Positions 1 to 13,232 of a stretch of DNA of 64,000 nucleotides are shown here, piece after piece; position 1 is the first letter of the stretch; each line of letters opens with the position of its first letter. The stretch is from Octopus sinensis (taxonomy: Eukaryota), in NCBI RefSeq assembly GCF_006345805.1, contig NC_042998.1, positions 144,832,001 to 144,896,000 of the forward strand, given 5' to 3'. The position numbers were made by a program, and so were the translations under genes. The notes beneath the pieces were generated by a model. That model was not told the DNA's origin, did not search any database, and saw nothing but the letters and a program-made list of their open reading frames with translations.

Positions 1-648
1 ACAGCACATTTGATAGGCTTTCTCATTCAGAATGTACAAAATACTGAAAAAAATGTATATTTTACCATAACTGCACACAAACCTTACTATTTCTGATGCC
101 AGCAATAGTGGAAATGAAACCACGAAATGAATTTCAACTAGATGTAAACAAATACAGTAATAAATGTTTAATGTGTTAACAAGATCAACTAATGTTAGGG
201 TCAACAATAAAATTAGATCTTATTTAAAATCATGGTTGCTGTCAATAAATATAAGTAAAGTCTATCTAAAAAGATCTTAAATCTATAAGCCCACTAGGTC
301 AAAGCTTGTCCTGGTTTCCATGGTGTTTAAGTAACTGTGAATAGAGTACTCACAGAATGCAACACTAATCCATTGCAGAATTAAGCACTTATTTTCATCT
401 TTCTGATGCAACAGCAAATTCCTATAAGGCATGGTAAATTTACTAATGAAATTAAATTTCACAGATATCATCATCATTGTTTTAATGTTTACTTTTATGT
501 GCTTGCATTTTCTGTGGTCCCTCTTTTCTATGGAGAGGTAATAAGGAGCAACAATTGCATCTTTTTAAATGTTCTACTCCTTAAAAAAGTTTTTTTTCGT
601 TTCAATTTTTATTGTGTGTGAATCATCTGGTAATATTAGTGGTCAGAA

Positions 649-867
649 ATTAAGGAGGTAAGCTGGCAGAACTGTTAGCATACTGGGCAAAATACTTAGT
701 GGCATTTTGTCTGTCTTTATGTTTTCAGTTCAAATTCTACTGAGGTCGATTTTGCTTTTCATCCTTTCAGGGTTGATAAAATATGTACTTGTTGAGCACT
801 GGGGTCGATGTAATCAACTTACCCACTTCCATGAAATTGCTGGCCTTGCGCCAAAATTTGAAGTCAG
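649..867 (+). mobile_element. tRNA-derived SINE, family 'M' (core GTCGAT...TTTCATCCTTTCnGGGTnGATAAAATAnGTAC), with a 15-bp target-site duplication
   Basis: A-box-like AGCTGGCAGAACTGTTAGC and B-box-like GTTCAAATTC. An exact direct repeat TATTAGTGGTCAGAA sits at 634-648 and 868-882. Many diverged copies occur elsewhere in the window. Confidence 0.8.
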
Positions 868-1380
868 TATTAGTGGTCAGAATGTTTTGACATTCCATAT
901 TATATTGACAAAATGATTACTTCTACTGACTATCAACCAATCACCGCAACTCATTGTGGTGAATTTAATGAAGCAAGGCAGGTGTTGAAAAAGTGTTAGT
1001 AAAGCAGCAATATTTAAAAAATATGAGAACTACTGAGTTACTTTTCTTTTTTATATATTTTACTCAGTAGGGGAGTAGTGTCCATGACCATTACAGGACC
1101 TCTGAGACTGTGGTGAGGGAGGAAGCATCCAAAAGCTAAAAGTTTGGCCTGAATGCTTGCAACAGAGTGGACTCTCCTAAAGGTATCCAAGGCGCTAAGT
1201 GGGGTGTTAAAACTGAGTGACAGGTTAAGCCTATTACTGAAGTAAGCCATGACTGGATTTGAACACAGAATGAAAGGGTCAGAACAAAAACAGGCATCTG
1301 GTTCAACTTTCTTACAGTCATACTAATCCACTACCTTGGATTGGTACATTTTTATCAACTCTAAAACAATGAAAAGTGAA

Positions 1381-1590
1381 GGCACATGGCCTAGTGGTTA
1401 GGGTGTTGTATCCATAATCGTAAAACCATAGTTTCAATTCCCTGACTAGACAGTACATTTTGTTCTTGAGCAAAACAATTGCTCCAGTTCACTCAGTTGA
1501 AAATGAGTAACCATGCAATGGACTAGTATCCAGTTCAGGGGGAATATTGTGATCTTGGTCACTTATATGCCATAGAAACTGGCTAACCAG
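1381..1590 (+). mobile_element. tRNA-derived SINE, third family (degenerate)
   Basis: tRNA-like head TGGCCTAGTGGTTAGG...GTTTCAATTCC, followed by TTCTTGAGCAAAAC...TTGCTCCAGT. A related copy lies at about 49490-49620. Confidence 0.55.
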
Positions 1591-2054
1591 CTTGATGATT
1601 GTTATAACTGAAGACAGAACTAACATTCACTCTAAAAAGAGGACAGGCAAAGTTGACCTTGGTGAAATTTGATTTCAGAGAGCAGAGAACAAGAACTTAA
1701 ACACTATATTTCACTAAAACCAACAAAAAAAGAAATGTTTGGGTTTGGGTTTAGTCAAGGAATGGTTATGTGGATGACTTGCAAGTCTATACAAGAAAGA
1801 CAGCCTGTACTAAAAGAAATGTTAAATTTCAAAAGAGATTTAGCTGCCAAAACAACTTATAAATAATTCCTATTGCTGACATTTATTTATTTTAGTTCTA
1901 ACAATGGCATTGTTAGTGCTTACAGTCAGTTGAATGTTGTTGTTTAGCCTCTAGTCAGCACTAATCAAGTAGCCCTATAAACAAAGGCATTCCAGATATG
2001 ACCACACCATCTAGGTATTTTTGATTAAAGTAGTCATATTAGATTAATCGGTGC

Positions 2055-2450
2055 CATCATCATCATTTAATGTCCATTTTCCATGCCTTCATGAGTCAGA
2101 TGTTGAATCAGATTTTCTATAGCTTGATGCTCTTCCTGTCACCAACCCTTACTTATTTCCAAGCAAAGTAATATTTCCTCCATGGCTAGATATATTTTTC
2201 ATAGAAGACTAATAATGAATAATGTTGTCTGTATGATGGTGATGCTCATTTGCATGCATTACAATATCAAAACAAACAAGCACGCATGCACACACACAAG
2301 TGGCTCCTGTAAGTTTCTGCCTACCAAATCCATGGACAAAACTTTGGCTGGCTTGTGGTTAACAGAAGACACTTGCCCAATGTATGAAGCAGTGGAACTG
2401 AACCCAAATCTAAATGCTTATGAAGCAAATTTTTTTACCCACTTAGCCTT
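2055..2450 (-). mobile_element. tRNA-derived SINE, type B (shared head/core plus RTE-like (GAT)n tail)
   Basis: (CAT)n on the plus strand, then TTTAATGTCCATTTTCCATGC...; matches the other copies listed below. Confidence 0.75.
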
Positions 2451-4348
2451 GCTTGTGCCAATGTGTCTTTTTTTCTTTTAAGACAGTAGGGTGAGATTTA
2501 AGAGGATTTGGCTGCTATTTCTACTCGAAAAGAACATATCATCTTAGTTCATAGGAAGTAAACAACTGGCACATCAATGACACCTACAGCAATAAGCTGA
2601 GTATGTTAGATGTATAATATATAATACTAATACTTTCCATTTCAAAATGTGTCAGGCAAAAATTTTAAAAACTTGTTTCTGAAAACAATTTTTAAAGCAT
2701 TTTCTTATGACCATTTTTAAAGTTCATTTAGCAAAGTCTCTGGAAATATATTATCTCTTGCCTGGTTTCTGCCAATACATTCTCGAAACAGGTTGTTTGT
2801 AATATTTTCTCTAACCTAGAAACATTTTGTTCCTCTAATATTTCTAGCAGCAGTGTTATCAATGCTCCACTGAAACTTGTTTTTTTATTTTTATGAACTC
2901 ATATTTACTTTCCTCATTTGTGTTGGTTTTTCTCTTTGCTAAAAATTGGCAAAGAGAAACAGATATATTGTTTATTAAATTACCTATGTAATTATGAAAT
3001 TACACAAGACATGAGAAGTAGTAGTGAAGATAACTGTATTCTATGAGTGAGAGGGGTAGACACACAGATGTAATGATATCCAGACTCATTAAATCCAGTT
3101 CAGCACTGAAAAATAGAGACGTGAAGAAGATGAATGGTGATGATGAATATTTCAAATGTGTCTGCCTCTTCTGTTAATCCAGATGCAAATCACATACATA
3201 AGAGATTTAATTTTCAAATTTTACTTGCTATTTAATATTGACAACACAGTTAAATGACAAGTAAACTTAGAATTTGAAATATATTGGGTATTAACAAAAG
3301 AGTTAGGCACATTTTAAATATTCACCAACAACAAATATCTTTTTCACTTGAGATAAATTATTGGCGGGGTGCTGATTCGATTTTTAACAGCAAACCCCTA
3401 ATTTCTAGACCAACCTCAGACCAGTTTAAACACTGCCAACCAACTGGTAGGGATCAGTAAAACTAGAGTCTCTTTCTGAAATGAAGCCACTTCATTTGAT
3501 ATATAATGATTTGTAATTAATTATCATTTTGTCTCTTTCACTTAATTATAAACACTTTATGTATAAAGGCTTTTATATTTTACTTTTATATGATTTTGTC
3601 TCAAAGTTTGAGGCCACTGTAGCATAAGGTACTACAAAGATGGAAAAGAAGGAGGAAAACAAATTCAAAAGATGTTGATTAACAGAAGACTAGAAGAATT
3701 AAAAATCATAGACCAGAGGAAAACAAGATGATGATAATGAGTTCCAGGGAGCAGCATTTGAGAAAAGAAGCTATTACAATAAAAGGACTTATGACTAACT
3801 GGAAGCAACAGAAAACCCATGCAACTGTGAAGAGAACTGGGTAACATGCTTAAAGGTCATGACAAGGGTACTAGACTCCAGCCTAGTAAAAAGAAGTGGG
3901 CACACTATGTTAACAGCTTGATTCTGAATTCAAACAAGTTAAAGACTGAGAGGAAGCACCAGCCCAAAGATGACAGCAACATTCAATGCAAGGTTAAATG
4001 GTGGGGCTTATAGAGACAGAAGATATTCTTAGGTGTAAGAAATTTGCAAGCACAGAAGAGTGATCCAACTTTGGCAGCTGACATGACAATGGACTGAGCA
4101 GATTTATTCCATGAGATATCTTTGGTCAAAGTCAAGTCAAAAAGTTGGATACTCTAGCTTTCTGGAAGATCAACTCTGCCCATAACACTGGAGGGAAAAA
4201 ATGGTTGCTTATAACGATTAATTAACATAAGCTTTGTCTTGCCAGGATTAAAACTTACCAGCCAAGCATTATCCCACTCTACAACCATGCAAAGACCATC
4301 CTTGAGAAAGGCATCATATTCAAGGTTATATTAACTAATATATACAAG

Positions 4349-4460
4349 CCTGATAAGACTGGAGCCTGGTGCAGCCTTCTGGCTTCCCAGATCCCCGGTC
4401 GAACTGTCCAACCCATGCTAACATGGAGAATGAACGTTAAACGATGATGATGATGATTAC
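4349..4460 (+). mobile_element. Severely 5'-truncated RTE LINE 3' end
   Basis: GACTGGAGCCTGGTGCAGCCTTCTGGCTTCCCAG...CCAACCCATGCTAACATGG...GTTAAACGATGATGATG closely matches 40940-41045. Confidence 0.8.
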
Positions 4461-4585
4461 TAGTACATTATTTTTCTTTTATTTCATCCACTACAATTCT
4501 TAGTTATCTTATTTGCAATTTTATCCCACTTCATTGTTTCTAGACTTTATCAATATAAAAAACAAATTTGAGCAACTGTACTAAC

Positions 4586-4681
4586 CTGTGAATGTACCCC
4601 AAAGAATGGACAGCGTTAATAGCAAGGACCATTTCTGTGAGATAAAATCGAGCCATTTTTTCATCAAAAATATCATTGTAT
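4586..4681 (-). CDS. CIT: Internal exon of CIT-like kinase (alphaE to HR of the HRD motif)
   Basis: Minus strand reads gtttcag|A TAC AAT GAT...ATT CAC AG|gttagt. It translates as (R)[31 protein letters not shown](R) (96 nt, phase 2 to 2), in frame with the previous exon. The next exon (DIKPEN...DFG) was not found at 1-4585, so it presumably lies outside the window. Confidence 0.9.
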
Positions 4682-5009
4682 CTGAAACGAAAACAAAAAG
4701 CAAACATTTAGTAGATATGTAAGATATGATGATATAGTTTCAAAAGTAAAGACTTCAATAAGAATGCATATAAAACATAGTAAACAGATGTCATAACTGT
4801 TTTTTAGAGATTACCACTGCACAATGAATAGTATCATAGATTTTCTATACAAACTATGAGAAGCATGTAGTCAAAAGTATTTTTTAACATCAGTGATTGC
4901 TGCATACTGCATCAGGCTTACTTTCTATCAATCTATATTTCAATAATGACCTAGAATATAAAGGCTCAATTACAATAACTGGAAGTAAATTTTTGCATTT
5001 AACAATATT

Positions 5010-5250
5010 ATCATCATTTCCATTTGTCCATGCTTGTATGGGTCAGTCAGAAGTCATTGAAGCAGATATTCTATGGTTGGATACTTTTTTTTGTAGCCAA
5101 CCCTCACTTGTTTCCAAGCAAGGCAATATTTCTGCAAGTCAGAATGTACTTCAATGGAAGAATGGAATTGAACTACATCACATGTATGATAGTTATAACC
5201 ATCAGGTGATATCAAGACAAAGGAATGGACACTGACACACACACATATAT
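5010..5250 (-). mobile_element. SINE type B, 3' half
   Basis: Same tail sequence as 2055-2290. Confidence 0.65.
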
Positions 5251-5264
5251 AAACAATGGACTTC

Positions 5265-5876
5265 TTCATCACTACTCCACATGGGGCCCAAAAGATAGTG
5301 AGCATCACCTTGCCTGCTGAGGGTTGTACATGAGCCTTCTTTTGAATTGGTGAGTTACGTTTACATTGCTTCTAGTGATGGAGCCATGTTTCATCTTGTG
5401 TGATAAGTCTGCTGAAAAAGTACTCCTTGGCTAGTTGCCGAATAATTACGCAGCAATCCTCCAAAATGGTGGGTCCCTCTTTATGGATGGTGTCGTCATC
5501 TATGGTGGAATGTGGTCATCCAGGAAGAGAAGTTTCCATTGACCATATTTCCAGATGTCCAACCACATTTGAAATGGTGATGCCAGTGCTTGACTACGTC
5601 GTATGATGGTGCATTGTCATCATAAACTTCTTTCAGCTCATCAAAAGTCCCTTTTGGTGTATGACCTTTCAAGAACCTGATCACTGATCTGCATTCAACT
5701 GCCTTCATTATAAGATCTTAGGCCACTTCAGTAACCATAAAAGACAAACGAATACTAGTGGAAAGCTGCTATTTACAATGTGACATATAGAGATATGTAT
5801 GATTATACCTGTACAAGTTCTATTTCCTGCAATAACTGGAAGTGAGTCAGGGGAAATCTTTAATGAACACCCCTTG
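5265..5876 (-). mobile_element. Mariner transposon relic (5' end and N-terminal transposase)
   Basis: The minus strand begins TA|CAAGGGGTGTTCATTAAAG (mariner-type TIR after TA). Fragments MKAVECRSVIRFLKGHTPKGTFDELKEVYDDNAPSYDVVKHWHHHFKCG (HTH) and QPSAGKVMLTIFW are typical of mariner transposase. Confidence 0.8.
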
Positions 5877-5989
5877 TACATCATCCAAATCATTTTTATA
5901 TCTTTCTTTCACAAGGCACCTGCCCATTTTAACTGCATATCTATTTTAGATTTAGGCCATTATTGAACCAGCTAAAGTTTTAGTCTTTC

Positions 5990-6330
5990 AAATTATATTT
6001 TGTAGCCTACTTGAATAGGGAGTTGTTGTTTGCTAAGATGTATCTGGGGGTCAGTAGTTTATCTGTAATTTCTTGGAGGAATTTGTCAAGGTACTGTTTG
6101 AATGTTATATATTTTGGAATACTGACATAACAAAAAAAGTTGCATCATAATGTTTTGTTGTGTGAACTCAATTTTGTAAGGAGCATATGGCACAAGAGAT
6201 GAGCAGGAAAGACCTTGAGTAACTTGTGAACTTGATACTGGCATCATTTGGACAGTGTTGATGAAATATTTTTCAAATTGTACAAATGATGCAGCACCTA
6301 GAGACACTGGACAGAACGACATTTTAACTT
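5990..6330 (-). mobile_element. CR1/L2-type LINE 3' end relic
   Basis: The minus strand gives ...KQYLDKFLQEITDKLLTPRYILANNNSLFK, resembling the C-terminus of CR1-group ORF2 and similar to 23650-24070. Confidence 0.4.
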
Positions 6331-7089
6331 TTTAAGTCAATCCCAATAGTCAAGACTTGAAATGCCATTATTATTATTATTTTTTTTTTGGGGTGATTGA
6401 TCTCTGGGGTGCTTATTAGCTATATACTATTTCATCTTAACCCATACACACAATGTTACTGCACTTCTTATTGCACAATGCAATATGGCTTTAGTCCAAA
6501 CCCCACTCAGTCAAAGTTTCTTTTTCTTCATCTTGCAAGTTCCTTAATCTCTTTTGTGCCAGTGTTATGAAAAACAATACATTCTACAATATATACTGCC
6601 AAATGACTGAATTATGAGGGCAGCCAGCTATAGAAACCATGCCAAAGCAGATATTAGAGATTGACGCAGTCTTCCATTTCATTGGATCCTGTCAAGCTGC
6701 TCAACCAATGCCAGATGAGGATGACAATCTTTTAAATCATTTGCCAAATAAGTATAATTAAAAAAAAAAAATTTGTTCAATTTTTGAACATTATTCTTTC
6801 CTTTGTTAAGCCACAGATCCTTTCACAAATAGATGATAAGTAATGTTAATTATTCAGTGAGAAGGAGCAGAGAGATCAATGAAGAGCTCTACCAAAAACA
6901 ATTGTCACTAACCCGTACCATGTTTTCCTACTGTCTGATTTTTATTTAACTTTAATTTAACTTTAATTTCCTCATAATTTATATCTCCCTTCTTATTCTA
7001 GTTTTTCTTCTTAGTTACTCTTATACACTATTTTATTCTTTAATCCTTCAATTCCTGTATTATTATTCAGCTGGTAGAATCTACTTTAT

Positions 7090-7440
7090 TCTGTCTCATA
7101 TTCACCTTGCTCCTGGACCGTACATCTCTTTTCTCTCCTTTTTCACGTGGGGAAGCTATGTATTCACCTCCTTAGCAAGACAACTGCTCCAGTCCTCTAT
7201 CATAGTTTCCTATCCCTTTATTCTATACCCCACTCAGTTGAAGGATCTTATATTGCAGGTACTTGGTGACCTCACTAGTGCTTGTGCCGCATAAAAAGCA
7301 TGTAGTACAATCTTAAGTGATTGATATTAGGAAGGGTATACAGCTGTAGAAACCATGCCAAAGCAGACAACCCTCTGGTTTATTCTGTCCTTGTTAAACC
7401 TTCCAACTCATGTCAGCATGTAAAAGGGGACATTAAATTA
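7090..7440 (+). mobile_element. Truncated 3' UTR of a second RTE subfamily (CT-rich body plus RTE-type tail)
   Basis: GTACTTGGTGACCTCACTAGTGCT...GGAAGGGTATACAGCTGTAGAAACCATGCCAAAGCAGAC is shared with 29030-29410, 33754-34690, 45517-46100 and 56450-57207. Confidence 0.6.
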
Positions 7441-7487
7441 TTACTATTATTACTACTACTACTATTATTATTATTATTATTATTATT

Positions 7488-7900
7488 AAGGTGGTAAGCT
7501 GGTAGGATTGTTAGCATGTTGGACAAAATGCTTAGTAGGAATTTCTTCTGGTTTTACCATTTGGGTTCAAATTCCACTGAGGTTAACCTTGTCTTTCATC
7601 CCTTTAGGATCGATAAAATAAACACTGGTGTAAAAATAATCCACTTACTCTGTCCTTCAAAACTACTGGCCTTGTACCAAATTTAGAAAGAATTATTATT
7701 ATAATGGGAGCAAGCAACAAAATGCCCAGCAATAATTCTGACATACTATGCTCTGAATTCAAATTCTGCCAGGGTTATCTTTGCCTTTCATCTCTCCAGG
7801 GTCAATACAATAAAGTATCAGTCAAGTATTGGGGTCAATTGTATTGACTAAGTCCCACCTGCTCATGCAATTACTATTCTCCTGCCAAAATTTGAAACCA
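7488..7900 (+). mobile_element. Two tandem family-M SINE copies preceded by an (ATT/ACT)n tract
   Basis: GGTGGTAAGCTGGTAGGATTGTTAGC...GTTCAAATTCC...CCAAATTTAGAAA, then a second copy from about 7705. Confidence 0.65.
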
Positions 7901-8009
7901 TTATTATCATTAATTTACGTATTTCAAAATGCTTTGTCTCTCACCCCCTCTGATGGAGTGTAGGTGGGTTTACTCTTGGATAACAAGTCACCACCTCTAA
8001 CCTCAGCCA

Positions 8010-9900
8010 CCCAAGAACTTTCAAATTATCTTCACCATGTCATTTGCATGTATTCTATGTACTTCTGCAAACCAATCTTTTCTGTCCACACCTTGAGCCT
8101 CTTCCCTGTTGCTCCTAAGAGTCCAATGACAATTGGTACAACTTCACTTTTTCTGCAACCCCACAATCTGCTTATCTCTTTCTTTGGGAACTGGAATATC
8201 TTCTTTTTATCTTTTTACCTGTTTCAATCATTAGACTGTGGCCGTGCTGGGGCACCGCCTTGAATTTTTAGTAAAATGAATTGACCCCAGTACTTATTAT
8301 TCTATTAGTTTCTTTAGCCGAACGATTAAGTTACAGAGATGTAAACACACCAACACCAGTTGTCAAGTGGTGATGGGGGGGGGGTCAAACAGACACAAAG
8401 ATATATGACGGGCTTCTTTCAGTTTCTGTTTACCAAATCCACTCACAAGGCTTCGGTCAACCTGATGCTATAGTAGAAGACACTTACCCAAGGTACCATG
8501 CAGTGGTACTGAACCCACAACCATGTGCTTGGGAAGCAAGCTTCTTACCATACAGCCACTCCTGCTCCTATGTCTATCTTGTTGATTTCTTTTAATTGTC
8601 TCAAGTGGACAGGCCACATCAATAATACAGCAAATCTGTTCCCTTTTCTCAAACACCAAGATATCTAGTCTGTTATGCTCTTGGACATGGATAGCAAAGT
8701 CTCAAAGTTTAACCTCATCATTCTCAGTTACTTTTTTAGGTGCATATTCACACAACTTGTGCACTGATGGAAGTCCATACTGGTTATATATTTTCCAGTG
8801 GATGATCTTTGTAACTTTACCATGTTTTCAAGGTTTTTACTGCTTCTGACTGAGTTTGAGACATTCACTTAATATGTGGGTTATTGTTTCTTCTCCTTCA
8901 TTGCACAACCTGCACAATTGCAACACATTGATCCCTACCCTACATTTTTACACTATTTGTCCAAAGGACTTGATCCTGAGCTGCCATGATCAATCCTCCT
9001 GTCTCTTTTTTGAGAATTCCTTTTACAACCAATTCCAAGTGCCGTTGCCTCTTTCCACCTCAGTATTCTTCAAAAATTGAGTGTGTAAATGTTTTTCCAT
9101 ATAACTTTGCTTTTTTATTTCAAATACATCATCTTTTGTGTGCCCTTGTAGTATGTTTTTATTGCTTACCACTGCTAGCAATTCTTCAGTGCTTTTGTTA
9201 ACATGTTGATTGTAACTTTTCACTTCCATGTTCACACAATCCTCTACACTGATCAATCCCCCTTCCTCCATTTTTATGTTTCATGTACAGCCTGTCCACA
9301 CCTGTCTTTTTATGCTAAACTTTGTACATTGTCATTATTTTCCAAGCTCTTCATTCAATATCATGCAGTCCCAATTCACAAGACCTGCCATGTATCTCAC
9401 AATTGATACAGCTCTTGAATTTATTGCCTCTACAATGTTTCCAGAATTTAATTTAGATTTCAGCATCCATTTGATTCCTTCATTTCTGTTTCTGATGGTA
9501 TCTGATTCCAAAATTCACAAAAACCTGTATCCTTCACCTTTTTCTAAACTTTTCATTACCTGATTATTAGGTAGTCCAAGACCTTGACTCTGCTTTACTT
9601 TTCCTCTCTTCAGTATCAAAATTCCAAATTCCATGCCTATGTCATTATTGAGGATTCTTATTGTGTTCACCAGGATGCCAAGTTGATCTTCATTTTGCCC
9701 ATAAATCTTTGAATCATCCATTTATAGCAGGTGGCTAACCACTCCTACTCCATTTCCCAAATCATTTTCTGCTTTAACACATCTAAAATCTATTGACAGA
9801 GGTATTAATATCAGCACAAACAAAAGTAATGAGAGACTATCTCCCTGAAATATTCCTCTTCTGATGTCCATTGTACCCAATTATTTTCCTACAGATGTAA
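8010..9900 (-). mobile_element. R4/Dong-like non-LTR retrotransposon relic (RT plus restriction-like endonuclease), interrupted by a SINE
   Basis: Minus-strand fragments: IRRGIFQGDSLSLLLFVLILIPLS...SHLL*MDDSKIYG, LKRGKVKQSQGLGLPNNQVMKSLEKGEGYRFL, EQICCIIDVACP and VIGLLGATGKRLKVWTEKIG. These match my recollection of R4-clade ORFs. Many stops and frameshifts. Confidence 0.75.
8211..8566 (-). mobile_element. tRNA-derived SINE, type A (shared head/core plus tail ending GACTGAAACAAGTAAAAG)
   Basis: Full-length match to 10254-10635 and 25716-26098; splits the R4-like element. Confidence 0.85.
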
Positions 9901-10253
9901 ATTTTGTTTTTCAGGATTTCCTACATCTTTTTAGCAATCTTTGCACATTCTCTGCCACTCCAAATATTTCCATACATTTCCCTATCCAGCTATGAGGCAC
10001 CATATCATAAGCCTTTTTGTAGTCTCTATGACAGCATGCTGGCAGACAGAATCATTAATGCACCGAACAAAATGCTTATAGCATTTCTTCTTGGTTTATG
10101 ATCTGTGTTCTAACATCACCAAGGTCGACTATTTTTCATCCTCTTAGTAAAATAAGTACCAGTTCAGTACTGTTGACAAAATAATTAGCTTCCCCAACCT
10201 TTCAAAATTGCTGGCTTGTACCAAAATTAGAAAGAATTATTATAAGTAGTATT

Positions 10254-10635
10254 TACTCTAACTTGTTTCAGTCATTTGACTGTGGCCATGCTGGAGCACC
10301 GCCTTTAGTCGAGCAAATCGACCCCAGGACTTATTCTTTCTAAGCCTGGTACTTATTCTATCGATCTCTTTTGCCAAACCACTAAGTTACAGGGACTTAG
10401 ACACATCAGCATCAGTTGTCAAGTGATGTTGGGGGTGACAAATACAGACACACACACACACACACACACACACACAACGGGCATCTTTCAGTTTCCGTCT
10501 AGCAAATCCACTCACAAGGCTTTGGTCAGCCTGAGGCTGTAGTAGAAGACACTTGCCCAAGATGCCACGCAGTGGGACTGAACTCGAAACCACGTGGTTG
10601 GTAAGCAAGTTACTTACCACATAGCCACTCCTATG
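10254..10635 (-). mobile_element. SINE type A, near full length, with internal (CA)n
   Basis: Head TGGCTATGTGGTAAG...GTTCAGTCCC, core CCTTGTGAGTGGATTTG...GAAACTGAAAGA, (GT)n, type A tail. Confidence 0.85.
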
Positions 10636-11144
10636 CCTTTATAGACTTACTCTACTTTTTAACGTTTTTCTTTGATGGAAAAGTACTATCTGAAACATTA
10701 CCTAATTTTTCTTCTCTAGCACACTATTATGTCAAATTTTTCCTTCTTTTTTATATTTATCTATTTATCGAACAGAACCTTGCTTGCTGATGCAAGTCAT
10801 CTCTGGTCTCTTCAAATTCTACTTACTATTTAAGCTTTCAACTGATACAGTTGCAATTCAATAGCATAGACTAAGTACCTTCTCTTTTAACAATGGATTG
10901 AAATATGCTTGCCAATAATGATTCACATTTGAAGGAGCTTTACAAAGATATATCATAGATATTGCTATGCTCAACAACAATTTTATATTACTTATATGGA
11001 GTGAAGTGACTTTTTTTCTTTCTTTAATAATATTAAGATTATTTTAATCTTTTATATCTTTCATTACTGTAAATCATATCTCTTAAAATTACATTGTAAT
11101 GTATTCCTTTTACCTCTTCAATTTTTTTTCATTTATAATAAAGA

Positions 11145-11552
11145 AGCAGATCTATGGTAAGAAGTTTGCTTCCCAACCACATAGCTCTGGATTCAGTCCC
11201 TCTGCATGGCACCTTGGGCAAGTGTTTTCCACAATAGTTCCAAGTTGACCAAAACCTTGTGAATGGATGTGGTAGATGGAAACTGAAAGAAACCTGATGT
11301 GCTGGTGTATGTGTGTGTGTGTATGTGTTACTGTCTCTTTGCCTTGACATTATGTGTCACTGTCATGCAAGCAGTGTCTTTTGTTTCTAATCTTTTTTGA
11401 AAACATGTCTGGCAATGCCAAATTATTACCTTGCTTGGAAGCAGTTGAGGATTAGCAACAGGAAGAGCATCTAGTCATAGAAAATCCACCTGAACAAAAT
11501 CCCATCTGATCCACATGGACATGGAAAAGTGGACATTAAAATTATGATGATT
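11145..11552 (+). mobile_element. SINE type B, full length
   Basis: Head and core, (GT)n, then a tail ending CATGGAAAAGTGGACATTAAAATTATGATGA. Confidence 0.8.
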
Positions 11553-12414
11553 ATTGTTTTCAGGGAAAATATAGTTACATTCTAAAAATTTGTAAAATAT
11601 TTTACCCCTAACACCACCAGAAAATATTCAACATGTAACAAGGTACAAACTATAGAGAATATAACATGAAAATGTTTGATCTTAGCTACTAAATGCAAAG
11701 TATCTTCTAACTTGATGTGATGTTCTTTAAACCGAGTCAGTAACCATTGTTTCATGAATATTCATGGGAAACATCAGCAAGCTTCCAATAAATAGCACAT
11801 CTGAACTTCTTGAACTCGGACATCACGAAGAGAATTTCACAAGGCATTAAAATAAATCCTCAATATCACATGTCAAATCTGATCACATTTTTTCAAGTTC
11901 CTAAAGATACTTTTCAAAGCAGGTTTTCTTTTTCACATTTGTGGTTAAGAAGATGGTTTCTCAATCACGTGGCTTCGGGATTAATTTTACTGAACAGCAC
12001 TTTGGGCAAGTATTTTCCACTGTAGCTACTGGCCAACCAATACCTTGTGAGTGAATTTGGTAGACAGAAATGACACGAAGTCCACCATGTGTGTGTGAAA
12101 GGATATGAATAAGTGCATGCATGTATGTCTGTGTGAATGCTTACATCCTGTGTGTTTTAGATGATAAAGTATTGAGCTACAAGTACTTTGTTGTCATTTT
12201 TCAGTGAACAAATTGTCCACTAGCTCTAAGCTTTCAAAGTTGTGAGAAATAAAATATCCTCTAGGTAAGGTTTTGCAACAACAAGGTCATCTGACTGTAA
12301 AACAGTGTCTCGATAATATATATTTATCTAACTCCTGTTGGCATGGAGAAACAGACATAAAAAAAACATAATAAAATCTCTTGTACACAGAAACAGCTAT
12401 ACATTCACATGTTC

Positions 12415-12445
<31 letters not shown>

Positions 12446-12455
12446 TGATATGCAT

Positions 12456-12487
<32 letters not shown>

Positions 12488-12769
12488 GTATTTTCACAAT
12501 AACAGAGAAACAAATGAGGATAGAGCTAGATAGGAGGTAACCTGAAACCTGCTAGATCAGAATAGCAGAAGTCACTGCAGTAGTGATAAGCGAGGCAACA
12601 AAAGTGATATCTGTGAAGCACAAGAAATTAGCAATTGTAAGGTCTAATACATGTAGTAACTCTGAAGGTTTTAGCTCGGTGTTATGATTCATATAAAAGC
12701 TATGACCCCTAACACAATGAGTAATTGACTTTTTGTGTTGTAGAAGGAAATTAGGTCATCATATCCCCA

Positions 12770-13232
12770 TTGCTTGAAAGGTGCTTTTATGTGCCACCAG
12801 CACAGGTGCCATTTGTGTGACAGTGGTATCTGCCACAAATGCGATTTTACTAGGCTTGATGGGTCTTCTTCTCAAGCACAACATAACACCAAAAGTCGTG
12901 TCATTGCCTCTATGAGGCCGAACACTTGAAAGGTGCTTTTTACGTGCCACCAGCATGGGTGTCAGTTATGTGACACTAGCATCAGCCACAACTATATCAC
13001 TTGGCTTGATGGGTCTTCTCAAGCACAGCATATCGCCAAAGGTCTTGGTCACTAGTCATTGCATCTGTGAGGCCCAAATTTTGAAGATCCTGCTTCACCA
13101 CTCCATCTTGTGTCTTCCTGGCTCTATCTCTTCCATAGGTTCCCTCCACAGTTAAAGATTGGCACTTCTTTACACAGCTGTCCTTGTCCATATGCATCAC
13201 ATGACCATACTAGTGCACTTGTCTCTCTTGCA
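12770..13232 (-). mobile_element. RTE LINE 3' fragment
   Basis: MHMDKDSCVKKCQSLTVEGTYGRDRARKTQDGVVKQDLQNLGLTDAMTSDQDLWRYAVLEKT is homologous to the C-terminus at 40100-40294. Confidence 0.8.

Noticed and set aside
283-3847. Short ORFs of 60-99 aa in the supplied track (representative of most of the track)
   Set aside because: Lengths are as expected by chance in AT-rich DNA, there is no homology I recognise, and many overlap SINEs.
3600-4340. Purine-rich stretch that looks like decayed coding sequence
   Set aside because: No diagnostic motif recovered; possibly an old LINE, but unsupported.
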